Source of the DNA: Halocafeteria seosinensis
Lineage: Eukaryota
Assembly: GCA_001687465.1 (NCBI GenBank)
Contig: LVLI01000533.1
Span: 1-64,000 of the forward strand
DNA: 64,000 bases
Reading direction: 5' to 3'
Below are positions 12,401 to 21,164 of the stretch, one piece after another (positions within the stretch are counted from its first letter, which is position 1; each line of letters starts with the position of its first letter). The notes under the pieces were generated by a model. That model had not been told where the DNA came from. It searched no databases and saw only the letters and a list, made by a program, of their open reading frames with translations. The position numbers were made by a program, and so were the translations under genes.

Positions 12401-15400
12401 TCCCTTTGCTCTGAAGCACCTTGATAGTCCGTCGCTCTTCTACCTTAGCCGAATTGAGAGATTGCTCACTTAGTTTCATCACAGCATATGAGCGGTGGAT
12501 TTCCTGCTGGAGTTCCGCTAGTTCGACTTTTGCTTGACCCCAAGAGCTAGAGCTAAGCTCCTTCCGCACTCGTGTTATCGCCGCGTCCTCCACTAAGCGA
12601 TGCGCTCCCTTTGTCACCTCAGCCACAACATTAGTTTTTAATCCGTAGCCATATTTCTCATTAGGCAATTTTAGAATTTTTGCGTCCGATGGAGAGATGG
12701 TACTGGTACGTATGGAGGGGGGGGATTCTTCAGACTTGTCTACAATTTCCTGATCCTCCCATCGGTGCAATACCTTTTTTCTGTTGTAATATCTCGCATT
12801 AGTAAAATTCTGAGAAGCAACATGCTCAAGAAACTGGTTTTTTTCCGCTTCATCGGTTACAGCGGCAGTAAGGTCCGTCGCAATTTCTTCCTGTTCGGCC
12901 TTCTGTTGGTCTTCTACTCTACCTCGGTGTTCCCTATTCATAGCTTCTCTTATGGCTCGGCTAGCCTGGTCCTCTTCCTTCATGGAATTTCTTTCCAACT
13001 CAAGGTATTGCCAGAGGTTACGAATATGCTCATCAATGTATTCTTTGATATCATCTTCCCCCCACTGTTGTGTCATTTCTACGAACCATTGTTCTTTTCG
13101 AATGCGCTTCTCTGTTTGGAGCTTCCAACGCTCCTTCCGCTGCCGCTCCCGTACCTTCCTCACATGAGTGTTTTCGGTTTGCGAGTTTCTGTCAGAACTA
13201 TTCCGAATTTCTGCATCTACATGCCTCTCAAGCAATTGAAGAAGTTCAAATGTCGTGCCTGTGGTAGGCAGAGCACGCTTCTCCAGCTCGTCGTACAGCC
13301 ACTCGTTGCCTTTTCTGTTGGCAGAGAGTTCTTGGGAACTTATTTCATGGTCGTTAGAAGGCAGCGAAGACAATGAAGGCTGTATATCCGGAATGGCCAT
13401 GGATTTGCTCTCTGCGCGTTTATAGTAGGTAGTGGAGCTCCACCTTCCAAAGGGACTCGATCCCGTGTGGCCACAAACTGCCTGGCGAATGAGCTCGATT
13501 GTGTGGGCCCTGCGTTCTTGAAATAGAAGGTGCCCCGCCTTTAGCCAGACAACATGGCATGCCCTCCGGCGTACGATTTTCATATCATCGCTCTCGTATT
13601 TCATTCGTATGATAGTGCCATCTGGGAGCCTTTTCGTCGGTTGGTGTAGGCGTTTCGCTACGCTTTTTTCAAGCTGGGCTTCATCTTCGTCGACACTGCT
13701 GTCGTCGTCGAATTCGTGGACGTCATCAGGTGGATCAACGAATGTGTCCTGCAGAATCCCAGGCAGTGGATTTCCTGCATAATTCAAATACGATTCTAGT
13801 GATTCGGCTTCGTAGAGCCTCTCTCGTATAAAAACATCCCAAGCTACCTGTTCATCTTCGGGAAGTGAAGCATTGTACCGGTTGAAAGCGGTCTCTAAAC
13901 AGGTTGTTGGCAGTACGAATGTGTCTTGGGTCGATGTCAACATCAAAATAGGAACAGGCAACGATGCAATGCTCCTTGAAATATCTCGAGAAGCCTGAAA
14001 GCCGCTTGCTAAGCAAGAAATTCCGTAATCCACGAACGGATCGAATTGTCTGAGTGAGATGTTCCTACTGAATAATTCGGATAGAGCAGCGGTATTCCCC
14101 ACTGTCGATAAATAGTCCTTAGAAAACAGAGAATAAGTTATAAGGCGGAAAAGCTCGGTTCGTAGTGGTGAGACCGAGTCCCAATCAATTTTATCGCTTT
14201 GCCTCTCAATGTCCGCTACTGCTCGCTCCCATTCCTCTTGAACCTGCGCGGCTGGCCGTTGTTGCATCGCGGAGTACAGCGACATTTCCATAGATCGAAT
14301 GTTTAACTTTTCATAAAGTTGTCTGTTCTTCTCGTCGTTAGGTTGAGACGGTACAAGAGCTTGGTTGGAAAGTTTCGCGGACTCGTCCAAGAAGGAAGTG
14401 TAGCGCGTCCTCGGCTTTCCCGAGACAAACGCGCCTCGTAGTTTGGTTTCAAACTCGGAATTATCTCCTACACCAGCTGCAGCCGCAACCTGCGCATGCG
14501 CATTCTGTAACCTGCTGAAAACCATGGATACGTCTCTGTCTGCTCGAATTGGAGAGTTGAGGAGAATCAGCTGTCTGAGCGAAGAAGCTAGTATTCTGTC
14601 TTGTTTCCACAGAGAAGCACCCTTTCTTACCGACTTTCTGCAAATGAATTCTGTGCAGAGGATAGAGCCGATGTGCGCGCCCATACCACTACCGATGACT
14701 ATAAAGTCTCTACCTAACTGTCCTCGCTTTGCCTGTCGTTTTCTGATACTCTTGGTTTGCGGTTCGGCCGGCCCCCATGTACCGGTCTCGCGGAGCCTTA
14801 GCAACAGCTCCCATATATTTTCAGCTATTCGGTCTGTTGTCAATTCTCTATGTTCCCAGGGAGACGAGGAATAGTGAAGTGATGACCCACCCACATTCTC
14901 CTTCGGGTAGTTAGTCCAGCTGGTGCCTGGCATTCCTGGGTAATGCAGGACTAGGAGCCTGGAGCCCGGCAGTTTCTGCATCATGGGTTTGAAATCCGCT
15001 TTGATTGACTGTAAATCATCGTAAATGTCTGAAATGTAGAGAATATCGGGTATCCTTGGGAGCACATATGGCAAATTGCTCCCTTTTCTGACTTTCGGGC
15101 CTCGAATTATCCTAAACAAGATTGTCGAACCGTCGCTACACGGAAAACTCTCAGGAGGAGCCCACTGTCTCTTAGACTTTTGGTACAGCACTAACCCTGA
15201 GGAAGCTTCGGCGAGAGCAACGTTGCCCGCATTTATGCTCTCCTGGTTTTCCAACTCATAATGGCTATCTTCGTATCTAAATGTCCTTTCCGTCTCTGAA
15301 CCCCTGTCATCAATAGTCGAGTATGGGGCTTCCTCAAACTGATACTCAGAGATAGCAGGCGGGGTGAATAGGTAAGTGCTGGTACCATCAGAGGCTCCTC

Positions 15401-17291
15401 TAGTCCGATTGGATACACCAAAGACTTGTTTGTTTACTCTAGCTAAAGCTTTTTGCCATCCTCTGTTTGTCAAGAAGTTCATATACCGGACAACTAAGTC
15501 TTGCCCCGTCACGGGAGAGGTTTCTCTTGCTTTACGCGTTTTAGTGGCGCGATGAGTATGCTTGTGTACCTGTTCTAAAATTCGCCTCCGCTTCGCTCCA
15601 GACAAATCCGAAAGGAGATTTACGGGAAAATCATTCATTTGTTTTTGTATTACCTCGTCTTTTATGAGGTCGTCCATCTTGGGCTTGGTGGCTGGATCAA
15701 TCAGAGTCGGTGGCTTCCTCGTCTTTTTTTTTGCCCGCCGCTTTGCGGATTTTTCTTTCTTTGGGGGTGGTTGCTCAACATTGTCATACGCATTTTGAAG
15801 AAATATCCCATCTAAGTCGTCGTCGATGGACTGTTGTTTTTCACCTTTCCACGTTTCTCCTCCAAACCTCATCAGCGATTCCTTATCAGCATGACCAATT
15901 TCTTTAGCTTTAACATAGGCTTCGTAACTCCGTTCGTCGTTAGATTCCCAAAACTTTGACAATTCGGACATTTCTGAAGGCATGCGATTCTCAATGAACA
16001 TTCGAAATTGCTTTAGACCAATATTTCCATTGTCGTTTAGAGGTATCCGACTGGTTAATAATTCCCCAACGTTTGAAGCAATGTCTATCCCAAGGGTCTG
16101 TAACCCATCTAAGAATTCGTCAGGTGTTACTTCTCCCTTCCCGTGAATATCGAAATGGTCAAAACATTCCTTGAGACCCAAGCGTGTCTGTTTCGTTAGT
16201 AAATTTACCAGTTCCTCCTGTGCGTCATTTGCTGCGGCATACATTTCCTGCATAGGAGCATTGATGGGCAAGTTAAGTATAATCAATTCCCATAATTCGG
16301 TTAGGGCACATACCCTTGTCGCCAGATCTTTGACTAGCTTCCTGGATACTAGAGTTTCATCGAATTCTTGAGGTTGCCGTAGGTGATTAATCACCAGTTG
16401 CGTACAATGTGATAGCCAAAGTGTGCCCTTATTAATCCCATCAGCTGAAATTAAATACGTTACCTGCAAACTGACAACCTGAATCTTCGACTTAGGTTCC
16501 TCAAAGGGGTCCAGTTCTTCATCACTCTCCGAATCAACTGACCCCGCTTTTTCGGGGTTAACAGCAGTAAACCCTTCATCAATGACACAGTTGTTAGATT
16601 GCATCGTTTCGTCCCGAGGAAGACCATATGCATCTTGACAAAACAACGCAAGGCGCTTTGTGACACCGTCAATAGGAATGTTCAACTCTTCCGGGCCCGA
16701 CCGTTCAGGAAATTCGTCTCGAAGGAGATTATTGACGTCTACCACGTTGCCATCGTGCCATTCTCCTCTAACATTCTGTTTCAGCTTATCGTTTCCTAGA
16801 CGTATCTTCTGTTTTCTATACCAGCTGGGTCTTTCTGCTTGAGACGGTGTGTATGGCTGAAGGGCTCCAATTACTCCCTCACTGATGGATGTCCCCTGCT
16901 CAAAAATAGTCTGAAGAACTGGCAAGGTGATCAGTGTTTGCTCATTGTTCGTGTACCAAACTACGGCAAAAGGCTCGTCGGGGCCTATTTGATTTTGCCG
17001 CTCTTCATGGCTCGCAATGTAGGAAGAGAATTGTGCTTTGATTCGTTCAAAGCATCTGTCAAGCCATTTCTGCCAATGCTCAGCAAGGGCATTTTCTTCG
17101 GGCTTTTCAGGTATTTGCCGTTGGCACACGTATCCATCATTACCCGTGCCTATCCATTTTTCTGGTCCAAACGTACCGAATAGGACGGTGTCGACGACGT
17201 TTAGCTTTGCACGGATATGCTTTTTCCCCACTCCCACCCAAAGGGTCTCAAACAGCATCCACCCAGGTTGATGGACTAGCTGCGACGCCAT
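3462..17291 (-). CDS. Giant (~4600 aa) multidomain protein: EF-hand pair, alpha/beta-hydrolase-like domain, SAP-like motif, coiled coils, internal repeats, two C-terminal IQ motifs
   Basis: Single uninterrupted 13.8-kb ORF. EF-hand FDHFDIHGKGEVTPDEF at ~16000-16170. Hydrolase-fold motifs LHYPGMPG, VIGSGMGA, LILLNSP, STQDTFV and AGHLLFQE at ~13490-15060. SAP-like LYDELEKRALPTTGTTFELLQLL at ~13225-13300. IQ motifs IQRCYRGWRARK and IQAVSRGYLARQ at ~4130-4300. First ATG is at 17291. Confidence 0.85.
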   Translation of the reverse strand: MASQLVHQPGWMLFETLWVGVGKKHIRAKLNVVDTVLFGTFGPEKWIGTGNDGYVCQRQIPEKPEENALAEHWQKWLDRCFERIKAQFSSYIASHEERQNQIGPDEPFAVVWYTNNEQTLITLPVLQTIFEQGTSISEGVIGALQPYTPSQAERPSWYRKQKIRLGNDKLKQNVRGEWHDGNVVDVNNLLRDEFPERSGPEELNIPIDGVTKRLALFCQDAYGLPRDETMQSNNCVIDEGFTAVNPEKAGSVDSESDEELDPFEEPKSKIQVVSLQVTYLISADGINKGTLWLSHCTQLVINHLRQPQEFDETLVSRKLVKDLATRVCALTELWELIILNLPINAPMQEMYAAANDAQEELVNLLTKQTRLGLKECFDHFDIHGKGEVTPDEFLDGLQTLGIDIASNVGELLTSRIPLNDNGNIGLKQFRMFIENRMPSEMSELSKFWESNDERSYEAYVKAKEIGHADKESLMRFGGETWKGEKQQSIDDDLDGIFLQNAYDNVEQPPPKKEKSAKRRAKKKTRKPPTLIDPATKPKMDDLIKDEVIQKQMNDFPVNLLSDLSGAKRRRILEQVHKHTHRATKTRKARETSPVTGQDLVVRYMNFLTNRGWQKALARVNKQVFGVSNRTRGASDGTSTYLFTPPAISEYQFEEAPYSTIDDRGSETERTFRYEDSHYELENQESINAGNVALAEASSGLVLYQKSKRQWAPPESFPCSDGSTILFRIIRGPKVRKGSNLPYVLPRIPDILYISDIYDDLQSIKADFKPMMQKLPGSRLLVLHYPGMPGTSWTNYPKENVGGSSLHYSSSPWEHRELTTDRIAENIWELLLRLRETGTWGPAEPQTKSIRKRQAKRGQLGRDFIVIGSGMGAHIGSILCTEFICRKSVRKGASLWKQDRILASSLRQLILLNSPIRADRDVSMVFSRLQNAHAQVAAAAGVGDNSEFETKLRGAFVSGKPRTRYTSFLDESAKLSNQALVPSQPNDEKNRQLYEKLNIRSMEMSLYSAMQQRPAAQVQEEWERAVADIERQSDKIDWDSVSPLRTELFRLITYSLFSKDYLSTVGNTAALSELFSRNISLRQFDPFVDYGISCLASGFQASRDISRSIASLPVPILMLTSTQDTFVLPTTCLETAFNRYNASLPEDEQVAWDVFIRERLYEAESLESYLNYAGNPLPGILQDTFVDPPDDVHEFDDDSSVDEDEAQLEKSVAKRLHQPTKRLPDGTIIRMKYESDDMKIVRRRACHVVWLKAGHLLFQERRAHTIELIRQAVCGHTGSSPFGRWSSTTYYKRAESKSMAIPDIQPSLSSLPSNDHEISSQELSANRKGNEWLYDELEKRALPTTGTTFELLQLLERHVDAEIRNSSDRNSQTENTHVRKVRERQRKERWKLQTEKRIRKEQWFVEMTQQWGEDDIKEYIDEHIRNLWQYLELERNSMKEEDQASRAIREAMNREHRGRVEDQQKAEQEEIATDLTAAVTDEAEKNQFLEHVASQNFTNARYYNRKKVLHRWEDQEIVDKSEESPPSIRTSTISPSDAKILKLPNEKYGYGLKTNVVAEVTKGAHRLVEDAAITRVRKELSSSSWGQAKVELAELQQEIHRSYAVMKLSEQSLNSAKVEERRTIKVLQSKGINPDESARVRQLRDEAYEHEQQLEKNKQHYKAVKAQRVVAAQALAPLEKYGTILISMDRHKQEELLEARARLSRMLVEKRASKRKEILLKENAEKEQIRLSKDKIVATNTIHKLKEEYKRLRVTRKNKDKMKKQFVNARYFHGGISQRVERKPFRQLLLTEANKLVKDVKQMTTSYMENEKVEAQAITNIKVLEEETAMIKEALYAITQRIKESNTDKQTAESDVKQTETRKSHPQREDWFRDAMTEINSVMSIYDMIAENKDDIGIFMVTDENEDPAKLEGNDVMKKIRVFITTARWKPHYERNAYEKTWIAMDVRLHPWWFANIPDDEKYAIETEQEYKFPLDLDSLRQMTKYPLPINISISRMSCVEDINHFMAINKYYHGQPEYFERMRDRYSSSRIFGIAAIARGLSARSKMPLMRSNEEQDWISLDKVLQPELYDESESVTESDAESSLSREDAEFKGENKSVSDSDSDSDYSVQDKYKAKPGTGRNERGRRNFKGMFRKLMSWRFRRNHKKKSKDAKTKEQPAHAQQKRSAPEGHESEYSDPVSRRRAKYHRGEPGFIGTCYTRDDLLALLRTPPSELKSVTDIRAQMLLQAYGSDGGQGMFHLGMNSRSYVVEDISQLVESLRSRKEALSRNKCVDYSPFLAYCDSDGDRKNVAAVSLMQAQGCTLVKSKHSEQLLEVSSGTLHPDATIDHIFDVPGYASDCIAYGPRGWPAPLAEADLAAASNETAGCQLSYDWLSQEAKLRVFSAALRKQNIPSDSEDSASEDDYRDQFLPSTRGSISFKDQGKAIRRRLSGASTAFTEANSHLAATKTATTPVGPARIHQLKNEDGAAEHLMLIHEHRPSRVSALHFLRDDADAATETSVQANREDTRLGRQMFRDFENLGIGPVSWTLFGTKPPPSILRQRAELPVDEREQEITQQRKLGDIARQEDHQEDDQLFSVYEKESFLPGVQPVCIGITVTVTFSGSFEGKEPEYLPGRCEVYLYRECCLSSGDVGYYPGDTKETRGRTSSTPIIRSRYSTVRRPSTSTELGNSAAVHKWDQGKATESEDIYKSTKANPLVALSFSEQFGLLHPADPDVKQCSAAADKDMMDLVPGGFPLNSFLRGTFYDKDNSSFSPENAPSLAKSIPETYNVPPEQAVSQMRIPVGYAAAHMCCPNTKDEIGKVVLKHEPGNGPIVPGKYCVSVKGRTPGTYNVSVDGVMAYPVRAYLEGLHRKQQYRAARLPRCREELQDIQTSIRLARKKRDLVGQLLVRSEREMSELSQKIADLRHSLEGLHITRGDLDSDADDPDLDVNEYENQAFEKRARESESSSSSESEEGSDSDEGSEEGSSSSGSDTLGSDEPPSGANRRTHARKGKISKEALKEDIPMLPKVRAVVLRHLEKVENKFSKKVRALHSREEELEQIDGGIEALRQAESDRELELRRLRSEDIRSRKHFNNCLEELKGHFGADITKLPVTAPYSQTEQAVNESLDKEQSESRRPKNASTIVTVPSQGSDVHLICEDLSIVDIEDLEYLRLGPFLQTKLAQDQEQLQEAPQRAKMTPAERVRRKNLHDLSLPEKAWMSLDRVLHPELHDVLEDSDEEIEEGGFYSERPIQRKHKEKNPHVLAAKKLIEDDEKTDVDKLLARHPLRPPAKEDIAAPAKEPKQEELGTPGSGADDAVNDIGDEGEDSDSDDSDYGFMWKKMEQDVGGLSEKEKSLPDCPYKRAELLRIQNMRMDALNKVERKVRKLLNRYHDRQPKTIHIKRKVKRSKKKEYLDKIEAHQNMWISERRRREDSARVQPKDTEDNAEQEDNNIDDDSYTTISFDVEDPDEIDAAEHDDADNDLSREEKLSKMLKEIRNDGNDDEESHKIFQPKRVHLDHLTFHESASLFLKTYSAVPIPQKGPEQLKELLHSKRTALLNRWTSDIRHANEVRRNGIREMLLAKLYSVKQSDVELKGLDEAYQEEVEKLGEDIQPTDVDQRCRDLLYEIDRVLASPQDRLDTVVLHGAEQRFDRNILLLELERALDRELLKQVFEREQIEQAIVQEHLREHAEQQRQLALQKREELERQRRDMMRRLEEEEGQKAAKLLEKVQTKMKAKVHLNEAEKLEQKDLQRQAQALLDQQKKIKEEMDEKDIVFENMKSERTGWEIDLERLRFDPNDPINEIGALARWGDPDKPLTPRKQVELRIEEMKMKEHARKEASDASKVGRESGFGFVSNADRQRKMEIQGKLYGGSTYGSTVSLPPWQPCAPVASIKERLAEVERELLRIRTNEKQTNFVKSSVILSYLRGGPQRVSRIDAIFELSFEIQELKNYVRLNVLDRELHRAYSTTAEYFTTDALHDYPQTIQRLPAIEAMESDSNRIIARQIANGLIDDVLNYMQEGWIFGERESSLHIAGFVPTLKEDGPLRPFESASDAARQFKLVGTAARERVNNAVRGLRNLFGNPDNNIQTAMLFSRLDPAGTILPEGKRVSEEVVKEANKQSSAASYCENDDESVSWKKAAGRKESSPERKESPPPEPSGSSDALVVHGKHKRLPRILELAQIDTASKGKSGMVGGDKRVDEKYRWKLQNVASHARDRIKMATKSKEKAVHSMNSTEHTLKYGMFLLSLMYFKCMSQVRKQRDLWGGMRMMKHLKGGSIFDEDTTQERKKMMEAENARKERLRLLAMAYNKANLGFAAMDERTQRERRSAQIRRVKRERAVVKRSKSVVEIQRCYRGWRARKSVFAKIREKIARLQRIQLERVAATAIQAVSRGYLARQYFEIRKKELEAFMKETRKEEDLELKKEYFRSNPMKKLRMDLMDKIEHASRARKEMKVRIDKNLKGADGDEIDETEFDESFAAEKKQKEMRDGLLGSSTDTELKDVDIEQLLKMGYDPYFFHVAHPQERMKMREHQKLVDKQASTGVQHTAEDQQIIAAAQAAEALRQKRKSKESRRNLIQKFDREEKSAEKVMESVKNLPSIRSLRLPKGRTARDELDIQFEEGE

Positions 17292-17758
17292 TGTTGCTAC
17301 TTTGTGACCAACCAAACACAAATTACTACCCGTAGTGTCTATTTATTTACAACAACCGGTTTTGACAACTTGTGTACTCTGAATTGTAGCACTTTGCTGG
17401 TCCTGGTCTGGCGGGCCGTATTAACGTTGAACAACGGCGACCTTGATTCAAGGTAGGTTGAAGAATTAATGAAACTACTCAGGCGATTGTCGTTGCAGGG
17501 TACAACCGGTAAAGCGTAAATCCAATGACACGCATAAACGCAAAAACGAAAAGAATTCCCACTTTATGCACGTGATAACTTACGCTGTAACTTAACAGTC
17601 TGTAAGGGAGGATTCCTCAGCATTGCGTTGGAGGAGCTTCACAAGACAGCCGTTGGCGTTGGGTTAACCCTGGCAACAGATAGACCGAGTGTATATTTGT
17701 TTGGTTACATTCATGAAATTGGTACACTTAGAGAGCGATCTTGCTTTCGCGGAGACCA

Positions 17759-18697
17759 ATGGTTGGCTCGTCTGCGTCGTTCCTGGAGCCGTTGCTGAGC
17801 CAGCTGGCTCACGGCGACCGTGATGATTCCTCTGGAGAGGACTCAGAAGCTCAAACAAACTCTATAACACGGAAATGGCCTCCCACTTCACTTGTTGAGA
17901 GCTTACAAGAATCTCACGCGGCTACTTCGTCGGCAATTGGAAGCCATAAGGCACTACATCATACAGTTATGTCGAGTATGGCTAACGCTTTCTCTCCTTT
18001 ATGGAGGCTGTATTACGGGGATAACGGGAACCACGATGATCAATATGACCAAGTTAGTCTCAAAGAAGAGACATTGGAGCAGACGGCGATCGTCGCCGAT
18101 CTCATTGTGGGACTCTTCTTAATGACGCAAGAGAAACAGAGCCTGTCAACGGAAGCTGTTGCCGCAACGATCACACTACTCTTATCTGGGATATGGCAAG
18201 CGTGTACAACAACGAAAGATAAACAACAGGTGATGGATGTAGTAAAAGGGGAATTTGTTAAGTATACAAAGGAAGAAGCTGTTGAGAAGATGACAGATCT
18301 CAGGAAGGATCTGTTGGAGGCAATCCATCAAGCCACCTCAAACGGAGGAGCAGACGCAGGCGACGCAATCCAAGAAACGCAGGAAGAAGGAAAACATAAA
18401 GCTACTGATAAGGACGAAACAAAAGCTCAGCAAGAGACGGGGGTTCAATTATTGAGAATGGACGAAGCCATTGAAGCAGCCAACTTAATCACCGACTTGT
18501 ACGTTTTTACTTTGGTTCGTCAGGGCCTACTCCATTAGGATATCGCAAATATGTGTCACTGCAGGTTATTCCGGCATTGGTCTGCCATTCAATTTACCCT
18601 CAGGCAGCATCAGGACACTGAGAGTAGACATTACTTGAAAGAAGTCGAGACTCCTCTTCAACCTCCACCGTTACAGCAACATGTCGACAGCACTTGA
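17759..18697 (+). CDS. Possible CFAP119/CCDC189-like flagellar central-pair protein (C1a-32 family); 2 exons
   Basis: Intron 18499-18564 (GTACGT..TGCAG) gives ..AANLITDLLFRHWSAIQFTL..EVETPLQPPPL. Together with IVADLIVGLFLMTQEKQSLSTEAVAATITLL this resembles the C1a-32 family pattern; family call is by eye. Confidence 0.5.
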
Positions 18698-18934
18698 CCT
18701 GTGCTTTAGGTCTTGGTCGACTAAACAGCCCATGAATATTTGTGCTGAACATTCAAGTGGGCTTTGAAGCAGCGATCTTTTCCCTGTAATCCTATCGAGC
18801 TCGAGTATTCCAATCGAAGCTCTCCCAACGTGCGTACAACCCGTATCAATCGTTGGGACACTTGAAAGGAGGACACAAATCGATGTGCCAATTTCCCCAA
18901 TCGCTGGCACTGCGATAGTTTCCTACTTGTGCTC

Positions 18935-19994
18935 TCACATCATGTCAAGTAAGGCCGTGTTGTACCCACCGTGGCTCTCGTTCGCAATTGACCTTTTAGG
19001 TCTTCTTTCGCGAGCAATTTTTTTGCCCTTTTTCTGGCCTATGTAAAATCCGCCAAGCACACCCAAAATGACACACACTCCACAAGCAACTACTATCCAT
19101 ACCCATGCGGCCACGGTGGGATTTGAGCTGCTGTCGGTTTTATTCACAGCACAATATGAAGGACGCTGGAATATTTGGTCATCAAGCGATTCTCCCGTCT
19201 TGTTTTTGAAAGTTTCAAACGTTACTATCTCTTTTAGCCCGCCTTCCCCTGTGTACGCGTGTGCAACAGGATCCTGTTGGCGGCAAGATTTTCCATCGCT
19301 AGACACTTTGCGGTATAATAGTTGGTCAGCAGGCGACGGCAATGTGCACTTGCAGCACAAGACTGTCTTCTTCGACCAAGGTCGAGTAATATTGATTGTC
19401 GTGCTGATGTCGCAATTCTGGTTCGAAAGAAATGCAGTGATGTTGAGGCCTCGGAGACTATTCGCCGTGACGCCTGTAGCACAGGACCTTCCATTTTGCT
19501 GGGATTCGAAATAAGTGTCGTGGTATATGCTTCCATCCTGCAATATCAGCCAAATGATATCCATCATCGGACGAGTGCATCTTCAACTCTGGACCAGGAA
19601 TCACTATACCTCTTTAGCCACGCCAATCTCAGTGATTGACTGGGGTCCTAACGTGTCTATGCGCCATCCATAAAGGCTGACTTCCGGCGGTGCAGCTCCT
19701 CGCTCTGGAGGGACCCAAAACCATCCTTGGTATGCGGAGGACACCGACGCATTGAAGTCCGAAGATGAAAGCCGCAGGATAGTACCTGCAAAGGTTGAAT
19801 GAACACAGACCGACATATTTGAAACGAGACCCTCGTGTACCACTGAATCTACATGTTGAGCACGTACGCTGGTAATAGGCGTGATAGACGTAGCTACCCT
19901 TGAACTCCCTCCATCCTCCTCCTATGGCATCCGGTAGTTGTGCTATTGCAAGAGCAAACAAACAGAAAAATATCTTCTTGCCTTCTATATGCAT
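18935..19994 (-). CDS. Type I membrane glycoprotein, possibly ependymin-like ectodomain; 3 exons
   Basis: Signal peptide (KKIFFCLFALAIA). Two GT-AG introns join three overlapping ORFs. Cys-rich ectodomain ends in DQIFQRPSYC, followed by TM helix VAAWVWIVVACGVCVILGVLGGFYIG and a basic cytosolic tail. Confidence 0.6.
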
Positions 19995-20178
19995 TGTGTT
20001 TTCATTTTCGTGCAACTAAGCTCTCCTATGAAGTGCTTGGGGGTGTCCAAATAACCTAACAATACATACAGCCCATCATTCACACTTCTGTTGCATACGT
20101 GGATTGATATTCACGATGCCCCATGGATGCACATATGTATGAACAGCAGGAATAAGGTAGTCCACTGTATAGAGTGTC

Positions 20179-20740
20179 ATGCAGAGGGTTATTTCAGCTC
20201 CTTCCTCTATGGGAAGGAGGACATTGACAGCTCCATTGCCCTCAATGCTCTCTTCCTCCAATCAAGCAACGATTGTCTCCAATGGCTACAGCCACGGGTA
20301 CACAGGAGCCTGGTCATCGGTATTACAAGTATGCTGGGCTACCAAAAAGACAGGAGGGTCAACGAAAAATAAGCAGGACTCGGCCGGAAAGCGTCTGGGG
20401 GTCAAGAAGTTCGGAGGGTACGTAATGAATGCCTTTAGACACAGAGGCTGAGACACCCACCCTTTAGCACTATTGGTGTATTTGCAGAGAACAAGTGAAA
20501 CCGGGAACGATTCTGGTGCGACAGAGGGGGACCAAGTATCACCCCGTATGGGAAGGCAAGACTGTCGGCCTCGGGCAGGACCATACCATCTACGCCAAGC
20601 GTGATGGCCAAGTTAAGTTTATCTGGAACCCTAAACGAAGGAGGACATTCTTGGCTGTTTTGCCGCCGGGAGAAGATAAGGAATGGCTTAATCAATATGT
20701 AGAGGCCGATAAGCGATCCCCGTCATGGGATACATTTTGA
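20179..20740 (+). CDS. MRPL27: Mitochondrial ribosomal protein bL27m; 2 exons
   Basis: [28 protein letters not shown], then intron 20418-20487, then [38 protein letters not shown]. Presequence-like N-terminal extension. Confidence 0.93.
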
Positions 20741-21164
20741 TGAAGTAACGAGGTAGGCATTAAGTAAGGAAAAGCGAGACACTTGACGAACGCAGAAGCG
20801 TCATTGACCGAATCCCGTGTTGATGGTAGTAGTAGTTAATAAGAGACACCGAAACATGTTCATTTTCGCCATATATGCAAGGCTACACAGGTATCCTCGA
20901 GCCGAAGATGTGAATTCGTATAATCTGTGTGCTCTTCTGGTATACGCAGTGGTACTACATGATCGTATACCGTCACGTCAAGCTTACCGCCGCTGACTAC
21001 CAATTTCTTCATAAATCGTAAACCCCGTGGTAGGGCCGCGACAGTCCAATTCATATATTCCGTACCTCGTGAAGTGAAGAAATATATTAGCTAGCCGATA
21101 TGCGCTAAATTGAGAAACTCTAGGACGAGCACAAGCATAAGGAGTTCGAGAGAGCACTGTGTCA

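Noticed and set aside
3721..17271. Many plus-strand ORFs of 60-216 aa over the giant gene
   Set aside because: Antisense shadows of a long coding frame, Ser/Phe/Leu-rich, with no recognisable motifs.
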